Positions 39,746 through 48,901 of a DNA stretch of 64,000 nt are shown here, piece by piece (position 1 is the first letter of the stretch; each line of letters opens with the position of its first letter). The DNA lies in the IMG/VR virus record IMGVR_UViG_3300037468_000493, positions 15,754 through 79,753 of that record; one strand, written 5' to 3'. The notes under the pieces are model-generated. The model was not told the origin of the DNA and did no database searches. It saw nothing but the letters and a program-made list of their open reading frames with translations. The translations under genes were made by a program, and so were the position numbers. The DNA is from a virus.

Positions 39746-39777
39746 CGCTCAATAATAACAACCCTCCACCGCAAGCG

Positions 39778-39996
39778 TTAGGCTGGCTCAGATTGCAGTA
39801 ACAGAGTCGCCCCATACCCCGGCCCCAATACCACATCAGCGATCGCGGCCTTTAGCTCCGGGGACATGGCCTTGGGCAAGGCTTCGGCTATGGCTTCTGA
39901 GGTGGCTTCGCCTTTGTAGTTATCCGAGAAATCAGAGGCCCAGTCAAAGGCATCGTCAGATAGTTCGCCGTTTACCAGCCAATTTGAATAGTCCAT
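39778..39996 (-). CDS. Hypothetical protein
   Basis: 72 aa with RBS. Confidence 0.55.
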   Translation of the reverse strand: MDYSNWLVNGELSDDAFDWASDFSDNYKGEATSEAIAEALPKAMSPELKAAIADVVLGPGYGATLLLQSEPA

Positions 39997-40103
39997 GGTT
40001 TACCTGCTTCTCCTACCTTCTGCGATTCCGACTCTCAAGGCGTCTCTAGTGGATGATGCGTGGGCCTATAGTACAAGGTGAGGGATTGCTTGTCTGGCAT
40101 ATG

Positions 40104-40940
40104 TTACCTAATCGTCAGCATATACCTTGCGCTAGTCAGTCCGGGTGGGGTTACGCCCTGCTTTGCGTTAGTTTTGTCCCGATCTGTAGCCCCTGCCCTG
40201 AGATCATATTTGTTGTCGGACGATCCACTAACTAACCACTTATTGAATTGAGCGGGTGTAACCCTATCCCCTATCGCAGACCTTAGTTCATGGATGGGGA
40301 TGCTATCGCCCGGTTTTTTGCCAGCAAGTCGGCTAGAAATGGCCCGATTAAATCCTGCCTGAGAATTAATAACCTCCCCGCTTTTAGTGCCTCTCCGAGC
40401 CTCTACAGCAGATTGCACCCTATTAGTCCCAGCGGAAGCTAAAGGCTTGATGCTGCTCCTCGTAAGGCCGCCCATATTAAAATCGGCTCTGCTATTAGCG
40501 TAGGAAAGATTTTTTTCAGATCCGAATTGAACTTTGTCATTTTGCATCGCTTGCCGTAACTGGCTGCTAAATTTAGCATCTGTAAGCCCAGGGTGCTCAG
40601 ATTGCATCCTGGCTTTCAAGTCGGCGATGGTTATAGGGGTGGTGCTTGCGACTCCCTGAGGAACCTGCTCTAGGCGTATTTGTTCAATATGCTGGAGCGC
40701 TAAATCTTCAAAATCTGCCTGGCTTTTAATATCGCCCAATGGGGATGCAGACGGATTCGCTTTCTCGGCCCCATCCATCACACCGCCACCACCGCCACCG
40801 CCGCCACCGCCGCCCTTCTGGCTAGCATGGTTCCCTGCCTTTACAGCGGCCCCGCCGTTGCCTGTCTGTCGATGGCCTATAAGTATGGCAATATCGCCGT
40901 TACCATCTTGGCAATGGTTGGTGCGGGTTGCGTTAGTCAT
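40104..40940 (-). CDS. Hypothetical protein with poly-Gly linker and two similar winged-helix-like segments
   Basis: SQADF...ITIADLK...AKF and SQAGF...IPIHELR...AQF; cassette promoter upstream. Confidence 0.6.
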   Translation of the reverse strand: MTNATRTNHCQDGNGDIAILIGHRQTGNGGAAVKAGNHASQKGGGGGGGGGGGVMDGAEKANPSASPLGDIKSQADFEDLALQHIEQIRLEQVPQGVASTTPITIADLKARMQSEHPGLTDAKFSSQLRQAMQNDKVQFGSEKNLSYANSRADFNMGGLTRSSIKPLASAGTNRVQSAVEARRGTKSGEVINSQAGFNRAISSRLAGKKPGDSIPIHELRSAIGDRVTPAQFNKWLVSGSSDNKYDLRAGATDRDKTNAKQGVTPPGLTSARYMLTIR

Positions 40941-41002
40941 CGGTCGGTTCCTCTCTTGCGGTGTATGTACCTACTATAACCCACACCTTTTGCAACTGTC
41001 AA
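40938..41002 (-). promoter_or_regulatory. sigma70-type cassette promoter and leader
   Basis: TTGACAGTTGCAAAAGGTGTGGGTTATAGT...CATACACCGCAAGAGAGG. Confidence 0.75.
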
Positions 41003-41029
41003 CTCCACTCAGAAATCTTTTGGCCATCG

Positions 41030-42297
41030 CTATAAATTCTGCTGTGACCATAATTCGCTAGACTCCGGCGTGAATACCAAGATGGGGCGTTGATTGCTGT
41101 CGAGCCACTGTGACCACCCCATAGTTCCATCAGCTTGTTTTTCGTAGTCCCCGGCCCAGGCAAAGCAGGCAACATTGACAGGGCAGTAGACAGACTCCTT
41201 ATACCCCCAAATATAGCCTAACAATTGCTCGTAGGACATCTTATTAGTAATGCCCTCGTGCCTGGCCGCGCTCCAAAATCTCGGCCCTGCGACGGCCCCG
41301 ATATGTTGCCCAATAGGCCATACGCCATCTGGGAGCCAGGGCAATACCTGATCCCGCCAGGTTTCGTAGTAGATCAAGTCGCCATCGGCTAGGGTATCCC
41401 AGGCCCAGTTAACAAAATCTTGCATCAAGGGATAGCGCTGGGGATAGACCTGCTTGTAGGGCTCAAAGTAATCAGATCGTTCACCTTGCTGGGAGTCGTA
41501 GGCTGCGATACCCTCCACGGCGGCATAGTGCCTGAGGGCGGCTATGGTTTCGGCAATGGCAGGGTATTTGGCATGGTTGCGGGGGATGGCCTGGTCAAGG
41601 ATCTCTGGCCCCAGCTTGGCCTTATCCCTGTCAGGCATCTTGGCAATTTGCTTATGGCTGAGATGCAATGCCTGCACCCAAATGCCCTCCACCCCGAGCG
41701 CGGCCAGAGTCTTGACCATGGCCTGTGGGTCGGGTATCCATTGAGGCACGACGGGGTTGACGCCAACGCAGACCCGGTGACCCCTAGCTATGACCTCAGC
41801 TATCATCTCTAGCCGCTGGGTGGGCCTAGGCGCACCGGGGGCACTGATAGCCCCTATGCCATCGTCGAGGGTTTCCAGGCTGACGTAGAAGACCGTGGGT
41901 CTACCCTCAATCATGTCCAGTGCTGAGGGGTAGGTCTTGAATGGTTTCAGTAGGCCGTGGCCCCCCTTGGTCTGTAGGGACATCGGTATCCCCATTTTGA
42001 CCATGGCCTTGATGAGGGGCAGGCTGTAGGCTAGGTTGCTACCGGCAAAGGGGTCAACGTGATTGGAGAAAACTACGGGGTATTTGGTCTTCAGGAGGTG
42101 CCCTTCGAGGGTATCGGCCCAGTAGCGATTCCTGAGCATTCGCAAAGCCTGTTTTGGGTAGGCTTTGCGAACGGGCTCGTTCAGGTTCGCAAAGCAAAAG
42201 GACATGAATGGCTACATACATTTAGAGACAGGTTGAGGGGGAAGCAGGCATTCAGCAAGAACCCGCCGTGATATAAAGTAAGACTTTGTTTTTCCAT
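41030..42297 (-). CDS. Radical SAM protein (spore photoproduct lyase-like), frameshifted in the CxxxCxxC motif
   Basis: ATG 42297 gives ...VCSHSCPF then stop; -1 frame continues CFAN...VDPF...LQTKG...APGAPRPTQRL. Confidence 0.75.
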
Positions 42298-42945
42298 CTA
42301 TGCCACTCCCTTTTCTAGGCTAGCTGAACCGATCCGAACATATCTTGACTCAACTAAATCATACACCCATTCATTTGGATAGTTGAAAACAGCAAACTTA
42401 CCATGGTGTTCAGCCGCTAAATCGTCATATCGTCTAGCGGCAGATTCTGCACTGCGAAACCCAGACTCAGCAATAGATGTACTGTATTGAATTTGAACCC
42501 TAAATGTATCAACAGCCTGGCTAACACCCTTTAGGCTGGAAACCCTAGGATCCTTGCGTGCGTGCGGCCTAATGTTGTACGCATTCTCAGCCTTTGTAGC
42601 CAGTCTTAGATTAGACCTTCGGTTGTTCAACTTGTTCCAATCAATATGATCACAATGCTCACCCTTGACCACCAATCGACCAAGCATTCTTTCAAGAATA
42701 AGAGGTGCCAGGTAAATGGTAACGTTAGGGAAAACACTATGACTTCGGCTTACGTTCCTAGTGAAATAAGAATTTGACTGACAATACCAAGAATAATCAG
42801 CAAGATCTCTGTCGCACAAATCAACGAAGCAAGATATGCCGTTTGCTGCGATGATTTCTATGCAATCACCATGCTCCACCCACTTAGGCTCAACCCTTTT
42901 GAAGCGAGACTTAAGCAAATCAGTCTGATAAGCAATAATATCCAT
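42298..42945 (-). CDS. HNH-AP2 homing endonuclease
   Basis: CDHIDWNKLNNRRSNLRLATKAENAYN, then KGV...AARRYD...HGKFAVFN; AT-rich; TATAAT upstream; ORF also open from 43062. Confidence 0.85.
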   Translation of the reverse strand: MDIIAYQTDLLKSRFKRVEPKWVEHGDCIEIIAANGISCFVDLCDRDLADYSWYCQSNSYFTRNVSRSHSVFPNVTIYLAPLILERMLGRLVVKGEHCDHIDWNKLNNRRSNLRLATKAENAYNIRPHARKDPRVSSLKGVSQAVDTFRVQIQYSTSIAESGFRSAESAARRYDDLAAEHHGKFAVFNYPNEWVYDLVESRYVRIGSASLEKGVA

Positions 42946-43096
42946 GATCAAAATTGAAACCGCGACTACACCTCTAATTATAGCATTTGCAATTGCACTT
43001 GCACTTGTGACATTTGGCAAGAACCCGCCATAGTACAGGGTGAGGCTTTGCTTGTCTGGCATGACTGCTCGCGGTAAATACTGGGCAGAATAATCC

Positions 43097-43168
43097 TTGA
43101 CAGTTACGAAAGGTGTTTGCTATAGTGTTTATAGACAAGCAAACAACCACACAGAGGCAAAACCAATG
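43097..43168 (+). promoter_or_regulatory. sigma70-type cassette promoter and leader
   Basis: TTGACAGTTACGAAAGGTGTTTGCTATAGT; leader AGCAAACAACCAC recurs at 43411-43423. Confidence 0.7.
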
Positions 43169-43399
43169 ACTGCACCCAATTCAACCAATCTAGTCGGCAA
43201 AGCTCTAAAAGGCAAAGGCAAGCTCACATGGACAATTGCCAAGAGAGAAGTTAGGGCTAAGTACATTGCTTGTTTTGGCAAGCCCCCCGCTGATTGCTAC
43301 CTGCTAGAGCCTTCCAACACTTCAATGCGATCCGAATGGATCACTGTTGAGCAGCTTAAGAGAGATGTTCAGCTTGGCATTACCAAGTTTTCAAAATAA
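43166..43399 (+). CDS. Small cassette ORF
   Basis: Start reassigned to ATG after GAGG RBS. Confidence 0.6.
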   Translation: MTAPNSTNLVGKALKGKGKLTWTIAKREVRAKYIACFGKPPADCYLLEPSNTSMRSEWITVEQLKRDVQLGITKFSK

Positions 43400-43441
43400 C
43401 CCTCAGAGCCAGCAAACAACCACCGCAAGGAACCTCAATCC

Positions 43442-43699
43442 ATGAACACTCCCATCCAGACTTCGCTAGGCACCTACCACCACTCCACGATGGCTCCTGA
43501 GTTTTCCATCTTTGCAGCACCCAAAACCAGCAAGCCCCGCAAGGCATCTAAGCGCATCTCGATTGGTGCTTCTGTTCTCTTTTATGGCAAGCCTGCAACC
43601 GTCATTGCTAAGCACTCTACTAAGGGCTGGTGGACTGTTCAGTTTGAAGATGGTCGCACTGCATCCGGCGACCGCAAAGCCTGCATTACCTTTCCCTAG
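43442..43699 (+). CDS. Small cassette ORF with SH3-like C-terminus
   Basis: IGASVLFYGKPATVI...WTVQFEDG. Confidence 0.6.
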   Translation: MNTPIQTSLGTYHHSTMAPEFSIFAAPKTSKPRKASKRISIGASVLFYGKPATVIAKHSTKGWWTVQFEDGRTASGDRKACITFP

Positions 43700-43719
43700 A
43701 ACTAATCATACTGGAGCGT

Positions 43720-44412
43720 CTAGGTCGGTACTGCCCCGCCGCCCTGCCCCTGGTCGGGGTGGTTGCCTTTGTCAGACGCACGTTTAGGATATGGTTTCCG
43801 CAATGGCTCTATCTTAGCCCGCATCTCTGGTGTGAGTGGGTAGAGGTATTTGTGTTTGCCGTCCACCACCCTGCAAGGCAAACCCTTTACAGATTTAGCC
43901 CCACCGCTGCCAAACGGGCTATAACTGGCCTCTCTGCTGTGCACCCACTTCCCATCCTTAAAATATTCTCTCGTCTTATCACCTTTGCCTACATATATCC
44001 AGTTTGAAGCCTGGTAAACCCCTCCGTGGTGCCCTTGTGCTGGATCTGCATAGCTGATCACCAATTCAACGCCAGCACTTTGTCTTTGTAAGAATTTAAG
44101 CGCCAGTGCGATACATTTTGAGACACTGACCTTATGCTCTCTCATGGCAATGCGCACCAGTTCACAGAACCCAGTCGCGCTACACCCATAAGCTTTGCCA
44201 GCCAAGTGATTAGCACCTCTGGCGAAGATCACAGCGCCTATAAAATTACCATCCTCCCAAATGCCAATTTTTACCAATTTGCCTAGGGGCATCTTTTTGG
44301 AATAGTGCCAGTTCATAACAGCGTATTTTGATGCTTTTGCACTGCACCAATCGAGCCGCAATTCTGGCTTAGTACTGCTTGATAAATTGGTGGCCACAGT
44401 TGGGGCAGACAC
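43720..44412 (-). CDS. Mom-like DNA modification protein (GNAT fold)
   Basis: WHYS, IGAVIF, ELVRIA, ISYADPAQGHHGGVYQASNWIYVG motifs. Confidence 0.8.
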   Translation of the reverse strand: MSAPTVATNLSSSTKPELRLDWCSAKASKYAVMNWHYSKKMPLGKLVKIGIWEDGNFIGAVIFARGANHLAGKAYGCSATGFCELVRIAMREHKVSVSKCIALALKFLQRQSAGVELVISYADPAQGHHGGVYQASNWIYVGKGDKTREYFKDGKWVHSREASYSPFGSGGAKSVKGLPCRVVDGKHKYLYPLTPEMRAKIEPLRKPYPKRASDKGNHPDQGQGGGAVPT

Positions 44413-44920
44413 AATCGATCTCCTTTGGTTCTATCTGATCTAATCGGCCTTGCTCATCCTCGCCAACGGGTTCAAAGTCTGGCACCTCCTCACCCCATCC
44501 CTCAATCTCATCCGCCGTGAACCATGGCGTCAGGTCAATGTCTTCGCCCAATTCTGCTAGCGCATCGGTATCCCACGATAGGTTAACCTCGCCCACGCGA
44601 TTATCAGCCAGGGCCAGTTCACGGCCTGCGGGGCTATCCAGCTCAATGTCCGTGCGTTGCACCGCGACGAGTTGTTTGCCGTCGGTCTGCACCACAATCA
44701 CATCTTCTAGGCCCAACTCCCCAAACTTGGCATGGGTCTTGTTTCCTGCAATGACACGGCCATGCTTATCCAAAAGGATTGAGCGGCCCGCCCCGAACTT
44801 TTCCAGGCTCTGGGTCAGCATGAAGTTCCCCCTCTCGGTGCCCTGGTTGGCATTGCGATCGTCGGGGATGAGGTCTGAGACTTTGCGGGCTGTAACCCGG
44901 TCGTAGATGTCGTCAGCCAT
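44369..44920 (-). CDS. ParB/Srx-like N-terminal domain protein
   Basis: LIPDDRNAN...SLEKFG...VIAGN...LADNR; C-terminal CPNCG. Confidence 0.8.
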   Translation of the reverse strand: MADDIYDRVTARKVSDLIPDDRNANQGTERGNFMLTQSLEKFGAGRSILLDKHGRVIAGNKTHAKFGELGLEDVIVVQTDGKQLVAVQRTDIELDSPAGRELALADNRVGEVNLSWDTDALAELGEDIDLTPWFTADEIEGWGEEVPDFEPVGEDEQGRLDQIEPKEIDCVCPNCGHQFIKQY

Positions 44921-45092
44921 GGGCTACCTAAGAATAAAGGCCCTGAGTACGCAGGGCCAGAGTGATCTTGTCCGTCGCTCTGGGGTCTGACTCCAGAAAC
45001 AACGACTCCATTCTATCAGCCAGAATCTCGCAGTACTACTGTAGGGATTCCAGCCCCCCGATACACCAGTACAAAGTAGTACAGAACAGTAG

Positions 45093-45156
45093 TTGACAGT
45101 CACAAAAGGTGTGGGTTACAGTGGATGCATACCACCGCAAAGAGGCACCACCGATG
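45093..45156 (+). promoter_or_regulatory. sigma70-type cassette promoter and leader
   Basis: TTGACAGTCACAAAAGGTGTGGGTTACAGT...CATACCACCGCAAAGAGGCACCACCG-ATG. Confidence 0.75.
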
Positions 45157-45351
45157 ACTACCGCAATGCGCCAAACCATTTCTAGCAACAACAGCGCCAC
45201 CATAACCGCCGCTGCATCGACCGAAAAATTCAGCATTCGCCTAGAAGACAAGCTAGTAGGCGAGACTCACACCGTCACTATTTTTGACGCAGCAGAAGCC
45301 CGACGCCTAGCCGCCGCTCTATTGCTATGGGCCGACAACGCTGACGCCTAG
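45154..45351 (+). CDS. Small cassette ORF (MTTAMRQ...)
   Basis: Starts at the conserved leader; EARRLAAALL motif. Confidence 0.65.
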   Translation: MTTAMRQTISSNNSATITAAASTEKFSIRLEDKLVGETHTVTIFDAAEARRLAAALLLWADNADA

Positions 45352-45357
45352 CATCAC

Positions 45358-45396
45358 GCCAGTTGGAGTAAAGGGGGTTCGATTCCCCCTCCTGGC
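45358..45396 (+). other. tRNA-like minihelix (T-arm plus short stem)
   Basis: GGGGG-TTCGATT-CCCCC enclosed by GCCAG/CTGGC; no D or anticodon arm. Confidence 0.5.
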
Positions 45397-45447
45397 CTGA
45401 GCCCCACCCACTACACGGGGCCATTCACCACATTGAGGATTCACACC

Positions 45448-45867
45448 ATGACCGCATTCGAGATTTTCATGTACGCCGCTGCAATCCTGACCGTGCTCTG
45501 GCTCCGTGCCGAGCCCCAGGCCCCCACCCCGATCGCCGTCGCGCCAGCGGTGCAACCAGTTGATGACCTTCCCGCCCTCCCGGTGCTGCTAGCCCAGTCC
45601 GAGAAGCTGACCGCGCCGCCGGTGGTGACTTCGCGCACGGTAGCCGCCGATATGGTTGAACCGGTAGCGATCGCCCGAATTGAGGATGCCTGGATTGCTG
45701 AGCTAGAAGTAGAGCCACCCTCGCCCACGGCGGCAGCAGATTATTTGGAAACCTGGAGCGCCCAGGAGCTACGCCGCGAATGCAGCCGCCGGGGTATTGC
45801 CTGGCGTAATGCCCACGGCAAGGGTAAGCACCTGCTCAAAGAAGAAATGCTCAAGGCTTTGTGCTAG
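45448..45867 (+). CDS. Membrane-anchored protein with C-terminal HeH (Rho-N/SAP-like) motif
   Basis: N-terminal hydrophobic helix, Pro/Ala linker, WSAQELRRECSRRGI...KEEMLKAL. Confidence 0.65.
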   Translation: MTAFEIFMYAAAILTVLWLRAEPQAPTPIAVAPAVQPVDDLPALPVLLAQSEKLTAPPVVTSRTVAADMVEPVAIARIEDAWIAELEVEPPSPTAAADYLETWSAQELRRECSRRGIAWRNAHGKGKHLLKEEMLKALC

Positions 45868-45959
45868 GCATGAACTGGGGAGGTGACTAACCCAGGCACA
45901 ACTACACCCCGCACCTCCCCCGATGGGCACCCACCACCACCCCTACCAGGACGCCACCC

Positions 45960-46169
45960 ATGACTACCTGCCCCCACTGCCACTACAGCCCCTGCCACCG
46001 CCACGACAAGACCAGGGCAGGCACTCAGCGGTGGATGTGCCCCCAATGCCTCAAGGCCCACAGCGAGAGCGGCCTAAAGGGGCGGCCTAGCATTGGCGAT
46101 CGCCCCATGACCGACGCTGAGCGAATGCGGCGGAGCAGGAAGAAAAAGAGAAGCACGGGACTACCGTAG
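45960..46169 (+). CDS. Small zinc-ribbon protein with basic helix
   Basis: CPHC...GTQRWMCPQC; GRPSIGDRPMTDAERMRRSR. Confidence 0.7.
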   Translation: MTTCPHCHYSPCHRHDKTRAGTQRWMCPQCLKAHSESGLKGRPSIGDRPMTDAERMRRSRKKKRSTGLP

Positions 46170-47186
46170 CGACTCCAGCACCCGCAGCGACTCCAGCACC
46201 CGCTGCATCATCAGGCATGGGATACCGTTGCCGATGATCTTGGTGGTTGCCCCCTGATACCAATCGGGCATGGTTTGGATGCGGCCAAAGGCTTGGGTAT
46301 TGAATGCCACTACCCTGCCGCCCACCTGCGCCCGTATGCTGCGCTTAGCCTGAGTCGCTGAAACAGTAAACATGGGTTCGGCATCGGCTCGGATGGTCAA
46401 ACCCCGCTTGCCCTTTTCGTCCGGAGCGCCGTTGTACTGATCATCAATGACGAAGGCTTTAATCAAATTGCCGCCCTGATTAGTCGTCAGGGTGAACGAT
46501 GGTCTGTCCCATGGCACAACCGGCATGGTTCGTTGGTCGGTGGGGTGAACCATGAAGGACTTGTTTAGCTGTGCGGGCAGCCGCTCCAACTGCCATAGTG
46601 CAAACTGGCTATCCGGCAACCCAGGGATCAAATCCTCAATGGCCTCATACCACCCCCGCCACTTCACCGGCTGAGGTAATGGCCCAACGAACCCGCCTTT
46701 GACCGCCCGCAGGATTAACCGGCGGCGGGTCTGGGGTACTCCAAAATCTGCTGAATTGAGCACATCCACATTGACCCAATACCCAGCCCCCCAGAGATGA
46801 TCCACAATGCGCTGGAACCCTGGGGCCTTGCGGTAGCCCTCCACGTTCTCCAGGGTGACGGTGCTGGGCTTTAGCACCCGTAGCGCCTCAATACAGGCAC
46901 TGGCTAACCCATCGTTGTCATTGCCCACCTTGCCGCGGGTCTTGGCCACGCTGAAATCTTGGCAGGGCGGCGACATGTGCAAATGGTCGGGGCTCTCCAC
47001 ACTGGCCCAGTCAAACCCGATCACCGAGGCTGTATGTACCGTGTCCCGGTGGGGGAGGTTGGCATTTGCAACGGAAGCAATATCCGGCTCTAGCTCAACA
47101 CCCCAAAGCAACTCATACCCCGACTGCATGGCCCCGATGTCGGCCAGCCCCCCGCCGGTGAATAACGAAGCGAATGTTTTTGGCAT
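46161..47186 (-). CDS. DNA cytosine-C5 methyltransferase
   Basis: SLFTGGG, SPPCQDFS, ENV, QTRRR, IGNG motifs. Confidence 0.92.
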   Translation of the reverse strand: MPKTFASLFTGGGLADIGAMQSGYELLWGVELEPDIASVANANLPHRDTVHTASVIGFDWASVESPDHLHMSPPCQDFSVAKTRGKVGNDNDGLASACIEALRVLKPSTVTLENVEGYRKAPGFQRIVDHLWGAGYWVNVDVLNSADFGVPQTRRRLILRAVKGGFVGPLPQPVKWRGWYEAIEDLIPGLPDSQFALWQLERLPAQLNKSFMVHPTDQRTMPVVPWDRPSFTLTTNQGGNLIKAFVIDDQYNGAPDEKGKRGLTIRADAEPMFTVSATQAKRSIRAQVGGRVVAFNTQAFGRIQTMPDWYQGATTKIIGNGIPCLMMQRVLESLRVLESLR

Positions 47187-47330
47187 AAAATATCCTTGTG
47201 GTTCAGGTGATTGAACTACCGCGCCCCGGCTGCTACAACAGCGTGGGGCATTACCATTTTACCTTACAAATCTCACAGTAGAATCATAGGAGCATCTACG
47301 CCCTACCCTTGCCCTGCCCTGAGATGCCCT

Positions 47331-48131
47331 GTGAGTCAGCCTACCCCCTTATCTTTGGTCTTCGGCCCTGACTTTGGGGTTTCACATCGCCATCCTGATG
47401 GAGAAGTACGGTATTGGCGCGATCGGCTCGCAGGCCACATCCGAGTATTTAAACCGGTAGTCGGCGGGGTTGAGCGCAATATGTTTGAGCTGGGCCGTCA
47501 CCCTAGCTGCTGGCTGCGGATTGGCTGGGAATCTGTCTCCGGCCATGAGCGGCAACGCACCAATGAGGCTGGTTACCCACTATTTGGGGCTATCAGCCGG
47601 GTGATGGTCACCATTGCCTGGGCCAGTGAAACAGACTACCCCTGGATCAGCCATAGCAAATGGCTGGTGATGCCTGGGGGCGTGTACGTGGGCAAAGATG
47701 GCCACCGCGAATCTAGCACTGCCCGCAATGGCGTTTACCTCAATGGCCACAGGCTCAGCGATGGCGACAACCCCGAGTCCCTATTTGAGCCAGGGCAACA
47801 CGAGGCTTATTTGTCCCTGGGCAAAACCGGGCGAATCATTATCGTCGACGGCTCCCTGGATGAACACAGCACCGGCTGGCCCACTCAGGTCTGGACTGGG
47901 GCCAATTGGCCTGATGGTGAGGCTGACGAACCTAGCACCGACCTATCCCCGCAACGACTCCAAGTAGAGGGCCAGGTGGCAGCGGCAAAGACCGGCGCTG
48001 ATGTAACCGGGCGAACCATGGCAGACCTGGCCGCGATTGTGCTGTACGGCCCGGAGGGCGTGGATGCTCGCCTCTGGTGGGCATTCTGCGGCCTCCTTGG
48101 GGCTGTAGTGTTGTGGATTTTGGAACGATAA
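47331..48131 (+). CDS. FHA-like domain protein with C-terminal TM helix
   Basis: LGRHPSC, ISR and RNGVYLNG motifs in FHA order, with insertions; hydrophobic C-terminus. Confidence 0.6.
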   Translation: MSQPTPLSLVFGPDFGVSHRHPDGEVRYWRDRLAGHIRVFKPVVGGVERNMFELGRHPSCWLRIGWESVSGHERQRTNEAGYPLFGAISRVMVTIAWASETDYPWISHSKWLVMPGGVYVGKDGHRESSTARNGVYLNGHRLSDGDNPESLFEPGQHEAYLSLGKTGRIIIVDGSLDEHSTGWPTQVWTGANWPDGEADEPSTDLSPQRLQVEGQVAAAKTGADVTGRTMADLAAIVLYGPEGVDARLWWAFCGLLGAVVLWILER

Positions 48132-48856
48132 TGTCTCACTCGTACCCTTCCGTAAAAACGGCGATCCTCACCGGGGCGATCGGGCTGCATTATCAGCCAA
48201 TCCACAACTTGAGCGATAGACGGCTGCTAGGCTATGAAGCGCTGGCCCGGTGGGGTGATTTGCCGCCGCCACAAATCGCGGCCCTGGTGGAGGAGCACAG
48301 CTTAGAACTGCTCTGGGTACGTCGCCAGCTCCACGATATTGATGAGATCCTGACCGAGATTTATCCCCCAATCTGGATCAGCTTCAATTTAGATCAAAGA
48401 GTTTTAGCGATCGAATCGCTAAGCCATCTGCTCAACACCAGCCCCCATCAACTGGGTATCCATGTGGAAGTGTTGGAGTCAGTGAAGCTACACCCCCAGG
48501 CCGTTGCAGCCCTGATGAAAATATCGCACAAGCATATCCTCAAAGCCGACGATATTGGCAGCCTAGACTATGCCTGGATTGATCGCCTGATTGGTGACCA
48601 CGCAGCTATTTTCAACGGGTTCAAATTATGCCGAGGGCTGACCCGCGACATTCTGACAAATCCCCGGACGGCCATTGCGTGTAGATTGTTTCTGGACTTG
48701 GCGCGATCGTGCCAACTGGAAACCATTGCAGAATGGGTTGAGTCGGAGGAACAGGCACAGCAACTATTAGACTGGGGCTGCGATGCTGGCCAGGGCAGCT
48801 TGTTTGGACTTGCGCAGCCCTGGGAGCACTGGCGGGCCAGGTATCACGGGCAATAA
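48131..48856 (+). CDS. EAL-domain protein (c-di-GMP phosphodiesterase-like)
   Basis: LHYQPI, YEALARW, SFN, EVLE, DDIG, FKL, AEWVE, GCDAGQG. Confidence 0.88.
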   Translation: MSHSYPSVKTAILTGAIGLHYQPIHNLSDRRLLGYEALARWGDLPPPQIAALVEEHSLELLWVRRQLHDIDEILTEIYPPIWISFNLDQRVLAIESLSHLLNTSPHQLGIHVEVLESVKLHPQAVAALMKISHKHILKADDIGSLDYAWIDRLIGDHAAIFNGFKLCRGLTRDILTNPRTAIACRLFLDLARSCQLETIAEWVESEEQAQQLLDWGCDAGQGSLFGLAQPWEHWRARYHGQ

Positions 48857-48901
48857 AAAACCCCAGCCACGGGGCCGGGGGTGCGCTCTCAAACGGTGGG
48901 C

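Noticed and set aside
42298-43017. Group I intron carrying the HNH gene
   Set aside because: Too little non-coding sequence for an intron core, and the downstream gene has its own duplicated start
45358-45396. tRNA gene
   Set aside because: Lacks D arm, anticodon arm and a full acceptor stem
45960-46169. IS1 element, from the InsA-like zinc ribbon
   Set aside because: No DDE transposase ORF or terminal inverted repeats
46169-46203. 18-bp tandem duplication at the end of the C5 MTase (RVLESL twice)
   Set aside because: Most simply a local duplication with no sign of function
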